This document shows, in pieces, positions 12,993 through 27,914 of a stretch of 64,000 nucleotides of DNA. The notes under the pieces were generated by a model that had not been told where the DNA came from, did not search any database, and saw only the letters and a program-made list of their open reading frames with translations. The DNA lies in NCBI RefSeq assembly GCF_009914755.1, contig NC_060932.1. One strand, written 5' to 3'. Position numbers and translations under genes: made by a program. The stretch's first letter is position 1. The number at the start of each line of letters is the position of its first letter. This DNA is from the human T2T-CHM13v2.0 reference genome, Homo sapiens.

Positions 12993-15900
12993 TCACTGTA
13001 TTGGTTCCATCTTTTTCCCTGTTATTGCATTCAGTGACATCACATGCCTGGCTTTGTGTCACAAGAAAGTGAGTAAGTGCTGAGGAAAATGTGAGTATAA
13101 GGTAGCTTCTCTGTACAGCCCACTTCTTGGCACTGCCTCAATTATTTTGTTAAGAGACATCTAAGAGGCAGCAAGAATCAGAAATTAGGTAACATGAACA
13201 AATCATTAAACCAGAGAACACATACTTGTCCTTCTAACATAGGCAAGTCAAATATCCAAGTTATATTACCTGCAACACACAGGCATAGCTATGTGTCATT
13301 GTGTCATTATGAACCAGAAGTGAAAAAGCTGGTTCTTATCCTGGCGTTGTCACTTCCCAGCTGTATGGATTGTACAATGTTGTCGTTTTACTGCCAATGT
13401 ATTCTCTGTACAATAGGATTGATGATACTAAGATCTGACATGCCTTTCATCTCTTTGTCAGAATGTCTAGCTAAACAGACCTGGGTCAGCTCTTTGATAA
13501 AAAGACTTACTTCTACCTAGTGTGTTCCCAAGCTAAATCCTTTGTTTCTACCCTGCATCCCCAGGGGAACTCAGTCTGCTTGGGAAGCCGTGGAATAGCA
13601 CATTTTTGGGACAGCACTTCAATCAACAGGACTGTTTCTAGCTTTAAAAAGCCCATATGAAACATAAATGAGGCCCTGGATCTGGGCAGGCATTATCCAG
13701 GACAATCTGAATTTTCAGTTTGTATGCATTTCATTCCCTTAATCAAACAACTATAGGATGGGATCTATAGTAATCACACCCCAGAAGGAAATCCCCCAGG
13801 CCTTGTTTCTGACTATGAGAAAAACAGGTCCACAGCAAATAAGCCCAGTGTGCTTCTGCAAGCAGAAAAGTGGTAGAAAGCAGTTGCCAAAACCCTGGGC
13901 AATCCCTGCAAGTACAAGCCACTGGTGGAGGTAAGATCCAGAAAGGGAGCTCAAATGAGTCTAATTGACAAAGAAATTTCCCATCTTCTAACAGAAATGC
14001 TCTTGTTCTTGATGAACTCAGTGTTCCTTGTTCCTCAGTTCTTAATTCTGGGCCCCAGAAGCCTAGGCATGGTGGAAAATTGTACATGAATTAAGAGATG
14101 ACGTTTGTGTGTCTATTCAATCGAATGTACATTCTAGAACCAGCCCTTATTTCTTGTGTTAATTAGTGGGTGCTGTTCCTTCCTTTTTCCTCCACTCAAT
14201 TTTTTTTTTCTTTCTCTCTCCTTCCATGGTCCATTGCACATGTGTATCTATCTCTCCCATAGCTCTAAGGGACAGTTACACTTTTTCACTCCCAACTCTG
14301 AACACCCACTAAGTCCCCAGTTCTGAACTCCACCCTCTCTATGTGCTACATATGAATAATTCAATAGTGTAGCTGAGGTTAAATTGTCAATGGTAGATAA
14401 GAGTCTAAGGCATCACATTTTTCAAATATCAATAGCATTTCAGTGAGAATAAGTCATGACTATAATCTGTGGGATAATATTTGCTAAAATCCAATAATCA
14501 AATTGGCAGGGCTATATTCTGCTTTCAATAAACCTGCCCTGCCCCTGTGTTCTACCCTAGAGACCTGAGGTCTTCATTATTTCAGATTACTGTGGGTTGT
14601 CATCTACCATTGTAGACATTTACTTCCATATCAATGAAGGAATTTTTGCTATAACCTATATTATGTGAAATGACTCATACTGATAATAAATTGGCCAAAG
14701 ACAAGATCTTCAATCTTTCCATCTCATCCTTGCTTCCTTCTTCTCTGTCCCCTCACTCCTCCATTTCTGCAATTTCTTGGCCCTGTGTTTAGTGAAAACA
14801 TTCCTTCTACTACTGGATGTGTTGAGAGAAGGATGAAGATTCATTCCAATCTGGCTCCCAATGTTATTAACAACCAAATTGTCCCTAAACACCCTCACTT
14901 TCCCGCTCTGTTGGTGATTATCAAAATCATTGACAAACATTGGCTTAGAACATCTTCATCCCATTGGACAGATCCAAGAGGTGCATCAAACAAAAATAAA
15001 ACTTCTTGCCTTTGGCAGACTCAAACCTATTTTGAAACTTTCAAAATGCATCAATGTGTTTAGGATTTTTATTTTAAAAATACTATTTATGATCTGCTCA
15101 TTCTACATGGTATGAAACTTTCTTATTACTGCTCTGGGGAAAAGGATAACATTTTGAACTTTAGTTTATTCATAAGAGAGTCAAATCACCAGACAGATAG
15201 TAAAGGAATTGATTCAAATATATTTGGCGGAAAGAAGACCTTTGTAACCCACCTCCCCCATGTGCTTGCAGTTGCGAAATCACCCAGCCAGAATGAATGG
15301 GAGGACTGCCTCTCCTCTGGGTGAGACATCATCATGGTGATGTCTGGATTATATTAACTATTCCAAGAGAACGTTCACTCCCTGTGTGAAACAGAAGTAG
15401 GAGCATGGTCAGATTGTAAACACTTAGCACAGGAGAAAAGTCCAGAGATCCTTAAGCCTCCAGCCACCCTTTAGGAACTCACTGTCTGGCCACAGTGGGG
15501 TTGATAGGTGAAGTGGAGAAGTGTGTGTTACCTTCCTTACTGTCACCCTAGGGTGGTATCCTATCTCTCCTGCTGGCTTATTCCTGTAGAAAGTAATGAA
15601 AAAATGTGTAATGGCAAAGGGACCACACCCTGACATTTTATTTCACCATAATTTCATAGCCAACTTGGGACGGTGAAAAACTTAAAAAAATAAAGTCAAA
15701 TAAAGTTACACTCTAGGTCATTTTGTGGCTCTTTGTCTCTATGTGGCAAATAAATAATAGGAATGTGAGAAGCAACATGTCTTGTTTTTTTATTTTTAAG
15801 ATGACACACACAAAATAAACCAACATTTTGGTCAACATGAACTTTATCGGGGTCAATTAGTTTTGTTTCCCAGGAGAGGCTTCAATAACACATCCGCTGC

Positions 15901-17239
15901 TAGACCTTTAGCCCTCAGTACAGATTGTCAGGGTTTCCTCAACCTTTGGGAAAATAACATGTTTCTCTAACAATCTACCTTATTTTCCTTAACTTATTGA
16001 TGGAACTAGGTAATTTCTGTGTTGGCTCTAGACCTAGAAAATTATAACATGTTTAAGTAGTATATATATGGTTAAATTTTTTAACCCTAACTAATAATTT
16101 AAGAGATTAATCCCGTTTATATTCTCTCCTTGGTTTGGCTTAAATAAAAACTATAACTAAATTAATATTTGTTTATTATATTAGAAAATTTTATTTGAAG
16201 TTCTGTGTTCTCTATAAAAAGAGTTAAGATTTGGGAAAACTAGGTCCAGATATCAGAGTCTCTATTTTCTAACATCCAAGATTTGTAGAATCAGGTTGTT
16301 TGTAATCCAGGTAACAATAAGATATTTTTTTAATTTCTGAAAACATGCAAAAAATTAGAGAATGGAAAAAGAATCCATTCTCGAATGACCAATCATAACC
16401 ATTAAAATGCAATACTTATGAAGGAAATCAGATTTTAAACTGGGTTTTATAAGATTGTATAAGATTTAAACAATGGATTTGCTTCAACTATCAACAAGCA
16501 GTATTTGAAATACTGGGAAGCAGAATTAATGTCAGTAGTATTATCAGGACTTTGAAATACCAGTCAGATGGCTCCTAGGTATAATTCATAGTGCTAGGCA
16601 TAGATTTTTAAATACAAGTTTTGGTCTTTATCTTGTAAAAGCATTTGGCTAGGGAGATAAAACATACTTAGAGATATAGAGTATACCTATATCTATCTAT
16701 TATATTATATCTATATCTAGATAGAATAGCACTGCAAAAGTTCTCAATGAATATTCTAGTCACAAAGTACTGTGGGAACTCAGGAAGAGGAGAAACATTG
16801 CAATGTGATGACCTCATCAAGGAGATATAATTTGAATTGGGCTTTGACTGTTTGGACTTTGAGAAGAGAGAAGAGGAGAGAATGCACCAGGCAGGGAGCA
16901 ATGCTTTGGAGACTGTAGTGAACACAACATATTAGAGAGACAATAAACAGCTCAATATTACTGGTGACAGAGGTCAATGGAAACTATGGGAACCACATCT
17001 AGAGAGATACTTTTGGAGAGCCTGCAGTACTGGGCTAAGAAATTAGACTAGAATATTTACTTAATTTACCAGAATTATGTGCCCCCAGATTAGAGGAATG
17101 TGATGCAAAAAGCATGGGTCAGATTCTCAGGAGAAAAATCTCAGAAGTTTCATGAACAAATCTTCACTGATATTGAACCTCCCATTTTTAAATTCATCTT
17201 TTTGTCCTCATTTCACCTGAGCTGACCCTTTGCTGGAGT

Positions 17240-17630
17240 GTAATCCACAGCTTACAGTCCATGTTTCCCCTTCTAGACCGAAAGCTCTTTGTGGCTAAGA
17301 CTCAACATCTTTTTTCTTTGTATTGCTAGTTTGTAGCATGCTAACACACATTGCATACTCAACCATTTGTAAAGTGAAGGATTGACTGAATGAGTGAACA
17401 ATTAAATAGGGAAATTCTAGTTATTAACTATTTCAGTTAATAGAGCTAAAATTCCATTATTTACCTAGACAGAAAACGGGAATATCTTTGATTCCTCCCT
17501 TTGTCGTGTTTCCCACATCAAATCTGTCACTAAATCCTGTCATTCCAAGCTGCCTCTCTTAACATCTGCCCCCACCTCACCATTGTAATTCCCAATCTCC
17601 CAATTCAAGACTCACTTTTACTTCCTGGTC
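17240..17630 (+). mobile_element. L2 LINE fragments
   Basis: L2 3'-end-like (tagaccgaaagctc...tgaatgagtgaa) and body-like (atctttgattcctccc...cccacatcaaatctgtcactaaatcctgtc) sequence. Confidence 0.55.
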
Positions 17631-18143
17631 TGTTGTTACTTATTAGAGACTTCTTAACATTTAGTGGTATGAAACAAGAAACATTTTGTTCTACGCATGA
17701 TTTTGTAGGTCAAGTATTTAGGAAGGGCTCAGATGAACAGTTTGTGCTTGGAGTCACTCTGTCATTTGGTGCCGTAGTCATCTAAAGATACAACTGGGTT
17801 GGACCTTGCAAACAGTGCGCTCACATAGCTGACTGTGCCCAGGAAACTCAGCTGGTGCTGACAACTAGATCATCTACACAACACCTCTCCAGCATGATCC
17901 AAGGCTCGCCAGAATTCATACAGGATTGCTGGCTTTCCGCAGAGCAAGTGTCCCTAGAGAATAAGGCTGAAGCTGCATGGCCTTTGATGACCTTTTCTTG
18001 GAAGGCTCACAGGATCCTTCTGCCATACTCTTCTGGCTGAAATGGTCACAAGCTGCCCTGATTAGAAGGAAGAAGGCAAAAGACTCACTGCTAGATGAGA
18101 GAAATGTCTATGAATATTTAAGTCATATTTTAGAGCAGCCACA
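17631..18143 (-). mobile_element. MLT1 (F/G/H-like) MaLR LTR
   Basis: tg...ca termini with 5-bp TSD tggtc (17626-17630 / 18144-18148). Confidence 0.8.
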
Positions 18144-18417
18144 TGGTCTGTCGTGACATTATTCTCTGCTAACTTCTTTTGCAGCCTATTCTATTTCTAT
18201 TTATACTGTATGCTGCTATTACTATTACCTTCACCTTTAGATTACTTTTAACAGTGTTATTTCCCTCCATAACAGCCTTCAGTACACCCCCATTTACTTC
18301 TGAATAAAGAAGCAACTCTTAATTTCAACTCAGCTTTCCAGTATTTTCTTCCACTTTTTAAAGCATTCAACCTGTGCTAGACCCCAACTTGCTGCTTTCT
18401 AGAAATATATTTGCTTA

Positions 18418-18729
18418 GGCTGGGTGCAGTGGCTCACATCTGTAATCTCAGCGCTTTGGGAGGCCAAGGCAGGTGGATCACCTGAGGTCAGGAGTTCGAG
18501 ACCAGCCTGGCCAGCATGGTGAAACCCCATCTCTACTAAAAATACAAAAATTAGCTGGGCGTGGTGCTACATCCCTGTAATCCCAGCTGCTCGGAGGCTG
18601 AGGCATGAGAATCGCTTGAACCTGGGAGACAGAGGCTGCAGTGAGCCGAGATCGCAGCATTGCAGTCCAGCTTGGGTGACAAGAGCAAAATTCCATCCCC
18701 CCCACCAAAAAAAAAAAAAAGAAAAAGGA
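18418..18729 (+). mobile_element. AluS, full length
   Basis: Full Alu; TSD agaaatatatttgctt on both sides. Confidence 0.95.
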
Positions 18730-19399
18730 AGAAATATATTTGCTTTCCTGCTTTTATTATTTTTGTGGATTTTTCTCTTCCTCCTTAGAGTATAATTCTT
18801 TATACCTTCAATGGCTAACATTACATCTACTCTTCAAGACCTAACTAAAAAACCCACTGCTTCTTAGAAAACCTCCTCAATCTACTTCCAAATTGAAAAA
18901 CAAACCAAAACAAAAACAAACAGCAAACCTCTTCTTTCATCTACTATTATATTTTTCTTAGCCTCCCTTTGAGCACTTCCTACTTCCACCTAGCATTGTT
19001 GTTCTTTTCGTTCCTGTCTTAATCCTTCTTACTAGATTGTGATCTATGTAAAGACAGAGATCTTATTCAAATTTATTTTTAACAGTAACTGAACCGAAAG
19101 TTTTGTCTTAAATGGATAATCCTTAAAGAAGTGTTCATAATAAGTGCATGCTATTATTATGAATAACAGGAATACAAATGCAATGGGGAATAGAACTATA
19201 AGGTGAATTCATCCTTTCAAGTACTAATTATATATTAGTACTGCAACTGTTGATAATTTTTGCAACTGTTTTATTGATATCTAGGGATTCATTACTTATT
19301 CTTTCTTCTTTTGCCTAAATTTAGAAGTTTTTCGTAATGAAAGGTAAAAAGTAATCAGTGTTGTGCCAAAGGAACATCGTATGTGTACTAATCCCTTTA

Positions 19400-19877
19400 A
19401 CACTCATTAATTCATTTGCCCACTGTGTGCCAGGAGTGTTTTAGACACCAGGGCTATGGTGGCGAAGCTTAAATTCTAGTATGAAATAGCATAGCAGACC
19501 ATAAGAAATAAACAAAGCAAACAAAGAAAAAAACCACTGTGCTGAAGCTTGAAACAGGAGGATATGAGAAAGAATGAGTAGGTAGTCACTGGGTAGTTAG
19601 GGAAGGCCTCTCTCAGATCTGAATTACAAGAATTAGAGCCATGTGAAGAACATTCTTGGCAGAGGACACAGCTACAACCAATGACTTAAAGCAGGAATGG
19701 GTTTGACGTGTTGAAAACACTGAAAGACCACTGATTTGGAAAGCATTTCGTGACGGGGAGTGGCTCTAAGATGAAGTCAGACAGACAGGTGCCAGCTCAT
19801 TTGGACCTTTGGGAGGATAATGATAAGGAGATTGGGTTTATCCTAACTGTGATTAAAAAGCCACTCGAGGGTTTTAT
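19400..19877 (-). mobile_element. L2 LINE fragment
   Basis: cattaattcattt...tgtgtgccagg...gggaaggcctctc...agccatgtgaag...cattcttggcagagg antisense L2 motifs. Confidence 0.65.
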
Positions 19878-20173
<296 letters not shown>

Positions 20174-20559
20174 AGCCACTTGATTTCAATTTATAACTAA
20201 ATTGAATTTATAACTAAAGATTTTCAATTTATAACTAAAGATTCATTGTTCTGAACATCTTGGAGAATTATCTGTAAAACATAATTCTGAAATATATCCT
20301 CCATCTACATAGAAAGAAAGAGATTATGCATGTAAGTTTAATACCTTCGAATTAAAATATTAAAAATGGGAGAAAAGGTCAATTTTTATGCTTTTACATG
20401 AGCCTAAGTGTTGGATAAGAAGGAAAGAATTAGAACAAACAATGTATGTGAAATAAAGCATGTAAATAATCATTCTTCATTCTTCATGGATCCACAGTCA
20501 TGTAGCAGAATTGGAAGTAAAAACCTAAAAGAACAATGGATAGAAAAAGAGAAATTGGT

Positions 20560-20870
20560 GGCCGGGCGTGCTGGATCATGCCAGTAATCCCAGCACTTTG
20601 GGAGGCTGAGGCCGGCAGATCACGAGGTCAGGAGATCCAGACTATCCTGGCCAACATGGTGAAACCCCGTCTCTACTAAAGTACAAAAAAAAAATTAGCT
20701 GGGCATAGTGGCGCCTACCTGTAATCCCAGCTACTCGGGAGGCTGAGGCGGGGAATCGCTTGAAATGGGGAGGCGGAGGTTGCAGTGAGCCAAGATCGCA
20801 CCACTGCACTCCAGCTTTGGCGACAGAGCGAGACTCTGTCTCAAAAAAAAAACAGAAAAAGAAAAAAAGA
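20560..20870 (+). mobile_element. AluSc-like
   Basis: Full Alu with short gatcacgaggtc form; A-rich tail. Confidence 0.92.
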
Positions 20871-21498
20871 AATTAAGCCCAATGTCCAGATGTTTTATCA
20901 ACATTACACCAAGCAAGCAGCTATTGTGAAACAAGTTATAATATATACTCCATTAGCCTTCATGGAATTGTAGGCACTAGGTTTCCAAGAAAGCGGGGAA
21001 TTTTAAGTTAATAGTCTTATTTATGAAGGGTGAAGTAAGCTGGAGGAGCCTCAGATATTAAGTGATTTCCCTTGTGATTTCTCTTAAGTAATTTCAGATT
21101 TTTAAAGATGTAAGTGTTTCCTATTTAGTAATTCTTTGATCTGTACTTAAATTTTCACCATCATCATTCATTTTATTAACTAACTGATTAATGAAAGCAC
21201 ATGGTAAATGACAGATACTCAATAAATGTTAGCTTCCCTCCTTTCTTGCTAATCACATCATTTGGTTAATTTGGAAAGCCATTGAGTGTAATGTAGGCAG
21301 ATAGACTTGACCTTGAATTTTAGCACTTCCACTCCTCACTGTGATATCCTGGCAGTAATTGGTTACTCTGCCTGCTCACAGCCTACCCACCATCCACTTA
21401 TGAAAATGTTCTGTATGAAAAGTGCTCTTTCTTTTTACTTTTAAACTAAGTCAGTCCAAGCAATCTAATTACCTTCGATTTACTTGGCATAGACTTGA

Positions 21499-21876
<378 letters not shown>

Positions 21877-22641
21877 TAACTTAACAGAAGCCTGAAAACA
21901 ATATTACCAGACTTTATTACAGTTGAAGTGAATAAAAATTTCTTCTTATTGGTGTGTAGAAAATGGATATCTTTTATGTTTTAACATAGTTGATTTCCAT
22001 TTCTTACATTGTTTGTCATTCAAACTGAAACATACATAAAAAACACATCTCCTGTATCCAGAAAGATTGATCTAAATGATAAATAAATTGCTTTAGTCCT
22101 CAACTTCACTTTTCTAGTAGCTAGACATAGAAAAAAACATATCTATTAAAAAACAAGCAAAAACATTTTACTTTCTACTATAGTGGTGCTTAATCATTGG
22201 GCCATGAATTCTTCAAAAATATACTGTCAAATTATTACCACTTGATGCATTTATTTTTGCTGTAATTAGAATATATCCCATTAGGGCAATATTTGTTCAC
22301 TGGAATACAGAGCTGAATGGGAAAAGTCAGTGTTAGAAGGTGCAAACATTTTGTTTCATGAATCTATAAGAGAGTACTACTTGCCAAAGCCACAAAAATT
22401 TATGCTCAAATTGTGATGTATATTGAGCAGCGAACAAGCAAGTAAATGAATACATTTATAGATTTTGGTCCTTTGTTTTTAAGTGTAAATTCTTTTATGT
22501 ATGCTATTCAAAATCCCAGTGTTTGAAAATATTCCAGAAACACACAAAAGGTGTGACTCCTTGCTTTATCATTATACCATTAGTGACGTATCAAATCTTT
22601 GCTACTTGACCCAAAAGGCCAGCTCTCCATATAGGTAGATG

Positions 22642-23347
22642 CAGTAGTCTCCTTTTTTCCTCGGTTTCACTTCCTACGGTTTCAGTTACCCACAGTCAAC
22701 CACCATCTGAAAATGTTTAATAGAAAATTCTAGATTTCTGAGTTTTGACTTGCATGGCATTTTGGGTAGCGTGATGAAATCTCACGTTGTCGTGCTCCAT
22801 CCCACCCTGAACGTGAATCATCCCTTTGTCCAGCAAATCTACATTGTATGTGCTGTCTGCCAATTAGTCACTGACATTGTCTGCTCTTGTCATCCAACCA
22901 TCAACATCATGTTTGCTCAATGATTCAGGATCACCTGAAGCAAATGATGCTTCCTGTGAAGTACTGTCAGAAGGTCAATCGTAGCCTAAGGCTGTGGGTC
23001 AGCAGTAGCCTAACACTACATCACAATGCCTACGTCCTTCACCTCACTTCATCTCATCACTTAGGTATTTTATCATCTCACATCATCACAAGAAGAAGGG
23101 TGAGTATAGTGCAATAACATATTTTAAGAAATATAAACCACATACACATAACTTAGTATATTGTTGTAACTAAACCATTATTATTATTGTTAATCTCTTA
23201 TTGTTCCTAATCTATAAATTAAACTTTATCATAGGCATGTATGCATAGGAAGAAACATGGTATATGTAGGGTTTGGCACTATCTGCGGTTTCAGGTATCT
23301 TCTGGGGGTCTTGAAACATATCCTGCAGTGATAAAGGGGGACTACTG
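22642..23347. mobile_element. MER44 (C/D-size) TcMar-Tigger DNA transposon
   Basis: TIRs cagtagtctcc... / ...gggactactg followed by TA; internal gtgatgaaatctc...gtgaatcatccctttgtccagc. Confidence 0.85.
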
Positions 23348-23393
23348 TAGTCCTTTCATCACTTTAATGAATAATCTTATTAAAATCCTAGTA

Positions 23394-23689
<296 letters not shown>

Positions 23690-24129
23690 AAAATCCTAGT
23701 AAAGCAAAGGTACATTGCTATAGTTAAGTGCAGACTTATTACATACATCAAGAATTTAGTCATTTTCTTGATGTATTCCCAAAGACATAGTTACATATTC
23801 CTAGAATGCTGATTTTTATGCTTTCTTCTGTGCACATAGAATGTTCCCATAGGTAAAAGCCAAATGTGGTTATCTCTTTTACTTCCTATGTTCTTCCGTT
23901 TTCTTGTGTACTTCTTTTTAAATAAACTTTGTGCCTAGTTTATTTTGAAAAATATGTATTCCACTTATTTCATAGTATGCTTTTTGTCTTCATAAAGCAA
24001 AACATTTATGTACCCACCAGGACAATCAAAATTTTCCTTTTATTATTTTTATTTGCTGGGAGAATGGATTTCTTAAATTTAATTTTCAGATGATGATTAG
24101 CTTTTTCAGCAACACAATCACCAATCCAA

Positions 24130-24330
24130 ACTGCCACTATTTATTGAACACCTATGTACAGTCCTATGTGCTAGCCTCGAATCTTCACTGTTCTTACAAT
24201 AGACATGTTTCTCTTATTTTCCATGGAAACTTTGTACCAAGAGAGGAAGTAAACGCACCTGAAGTCAGGAAGTTGGTAAGTGGAATTGGAATCCAGGTGT
24301 CTCTTGCTTCATAGTCTATACTCTTTGCAA
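24130..24330 (-). mobile_element. MIR SINE remnant
   Basis: atttattgaacacctatgt...ggtaagtggaattggaatccagg. Confidence 0.55.
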
Positions 24331-24776
24331 TATGCCATACATAACTGTAATATAATATGAATAGTTAATAATTATCTATTTTGTATATTGTCCTCTATAT
24401 TCTTCACTGGATTATAAGATTATATTTGGATATATTGGGTTGATTCAAATGACACATTTTGGGAGAGAAAATTTGATATGGAAAAGAAGCAATCAGTTGC
24501 AATTTTTACAATTTCATAAATCAAGAAAATTTTTGTCATATATAATCACCTGATGAAAGTTTTTTTTTGCCAAACTATATCATCTAAGGGTTTCTCTCCT
24601 AATTTTTTTTACTCATCACCTATTTGTTGCATGTCCATAGATACGACCAACAGAATTTTAAATGCAGCATTTAAAACATAACTGACACAAAGATGCTTAC
24701 CCCCGATGACTGCTACTGTTATTTTTACTGAATAGACAGGTAGCATGGGACTATTTCAAGGTTGAATATAAAATAG

Positions 24777-25162
<386 letters not shown>

Positions 25163-25254
25163 TCTACATTTTTAAATCTAAATGCAAAATGGAAACTTCT
25201 CCCTTAAACTTGATTCATTATATTTCAAAGAGTTTAATACAAAATTCTGTAATA

Positions 25255-25550
25255 GGCCAAGTGCAGTGGCTCACGCCTGTAATCCCAGCACTTGGGATGC
25301 CAAGGCGGGCAGATCACCTGAGGTAAGGAGTTTGAGATCAGCCTAACCAACATGGGGAGACCCCGATTCTACTAAAAATACAAAAATTAGCCAGGCATGG
25401 TGGCATGCGCCTGTAATTCCAGCTACTCAAGAGGCTGAGGCAGGAGAATCGCTTGAGCCCGGGAGGCGGGGGTTGCGGTGAGTGGAGATCGCGCTACTGC
25501 ACTGCAGCCTGGGCAACAGAGCAAAACACCGTCTCAAAAACAAAACAAAA
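25255..25550 (+). mobile_element. AluS
   Basis: Full Alu; TSD core acaaaattct. Confidence 0.93.
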
Positions 25551-26915
25551 CAAAATTCTATATCTTTAAAAATTCAAGCTAAAATGACAGGGATAGATAA
25601 TGTTTCTTTAGCATATAACAAAATATACAATTTACAACATACAATATACAATTACTTTTCTAAAAATTAAAACAATCAATAAAAGCTAGAAAGTATGTAA
25701 TATATACAATCATTCTCGTAAAAGTTGAAAAATTGAATTTGAAGTTTCAGTCCAGTACCTTTCGCATTGATCATACTTTTTGCCAACTACTACTAAATTT
25801 TTTCCTTTATCTGTGTTGGAGATTAAATCAAACACATCTTTAAGTCTTCTCTTAAGTTCTGAAGAATTCTGGTACAAACACATCAACTGTACGCTATCTC
25901 TATGGCTGTTATGCATACGCATCTCTATGGCTTTGTACAAACACCCGTACCATGGCCTAGTCTTCTGCCTTTGGTTTGCTCAATATTTGGAGAAGGGTCC
26001 TTCTGTTCATCTTGTACTAATAGAACCAGTCAAGCCATTTTGTGGTGATTTCTAGCAAGAGACTAGTCTATTCTTCCTTACCTAGAGAAGTAAGAAATTT
26101 GATGTTTATTTAAAAATTATCATCTAGGTAAATAGATTTTTTTTTGGTGACATAGATATATCTCTTGAATAATTACAAAACAACTAAACAACCCCAAAAA
26201 TAAATTTATGTGATTATATGATTAATCCTACCACTTCTATAAATGGCAGGACTTATAAGTGATTAAATCATTGTTTTAATAAGTGATGAACAGCATAAAC
26301 TCACCATTCTTAGCCAGACTAAGAATGTAGTTATATATTTATGTCATAAGTAAGACAACTTAAGAATTACCATGAACTCCTATTCTAAATATTAGATAAA
26401 TATATGAATAATAAATATATGAATACATTTCTTACGTATTTATCTTATCTTATGCCATGGCCCTTTTCTATACAAAGCTCTCTGTGTTTCATTTTCTGGG
26501 TGCAGAACTTCTCCAGGAATGGAATTGAAGTCTATTTCTCTCCAAAGTTCTGATCACAGTGAACGTAATAAAAAAAAATTATTGAACACGTGGATCTAGT
26601 AATGAAACACTTGAAAGGCATTATAAAGTAGCACGAACATATATGAATGTTTCATTTTGCTAATGAACTAGATTTCTGAAAGATTCACTAGTAGTTCTTT
26701 AAATGCTGATTTAGGCTACTACATTGGTCTGTTCAAAAAAATTAACAAGATTAAATTTTTTAAAAAAGTAATTCTAAAACCTTACAGAAGAAAATTAGGA
26801 AAAATAATAAGAGAGCAATCATACACTGGTTAAATAAATTAGAGAATAACCATAAAATAGACCACTAAGAAACTGTTTAAAATGAGGTATTTCTATGTGA
26901 CTGGACATGGAATAA

Positions 26916-27372
<457 letters not shown>

Positions 27373-27914
27373 ACTACTTTCAAAGTATATCCAGAATTTG
27401 CTGTTGTCTCACACCTCCACTGCTACCACTCTGATCCATGACACCACCCCTCTATGCAATAGGCTCTTAACAGTTCTCCTTTCCTTTGCCTCTCTTTAGT
27501 CTGTTCTCAATTTACAGTTAAAGTAATTTCTTAAAACAAAGGTCATTATCATGTTTACTGGTTTGCTCAAATCCTCCACTGGCTCTCACCTCATGCAAAA
27601 CTAAAGCCAAAGCTCCTACAATGCAGCACAATTGCTTCCATGATCTAGTGTCCTATTATCCCCTTACACTTCTATTCTTGTTCTATTCTTCTAGTCTCAC
27701 TCTTGCTCCGCCTGTCTCTTTTCTGGCCCTAAAATATGCCAGCCATTCCACCATAGGCCTATTTCATATATCTGGAATGATCTTATACCAGACATCCATG
27801 GGGCTAACTCGCTCACTTCCTTTACGTCTTTCTTTGTATGTCACCTTTTCAGTGAAGCCTACCTCAATCACCCTGTTTTAAAATCGCAACCCATGTTCCC
27901 AGACTTATCCCTAG

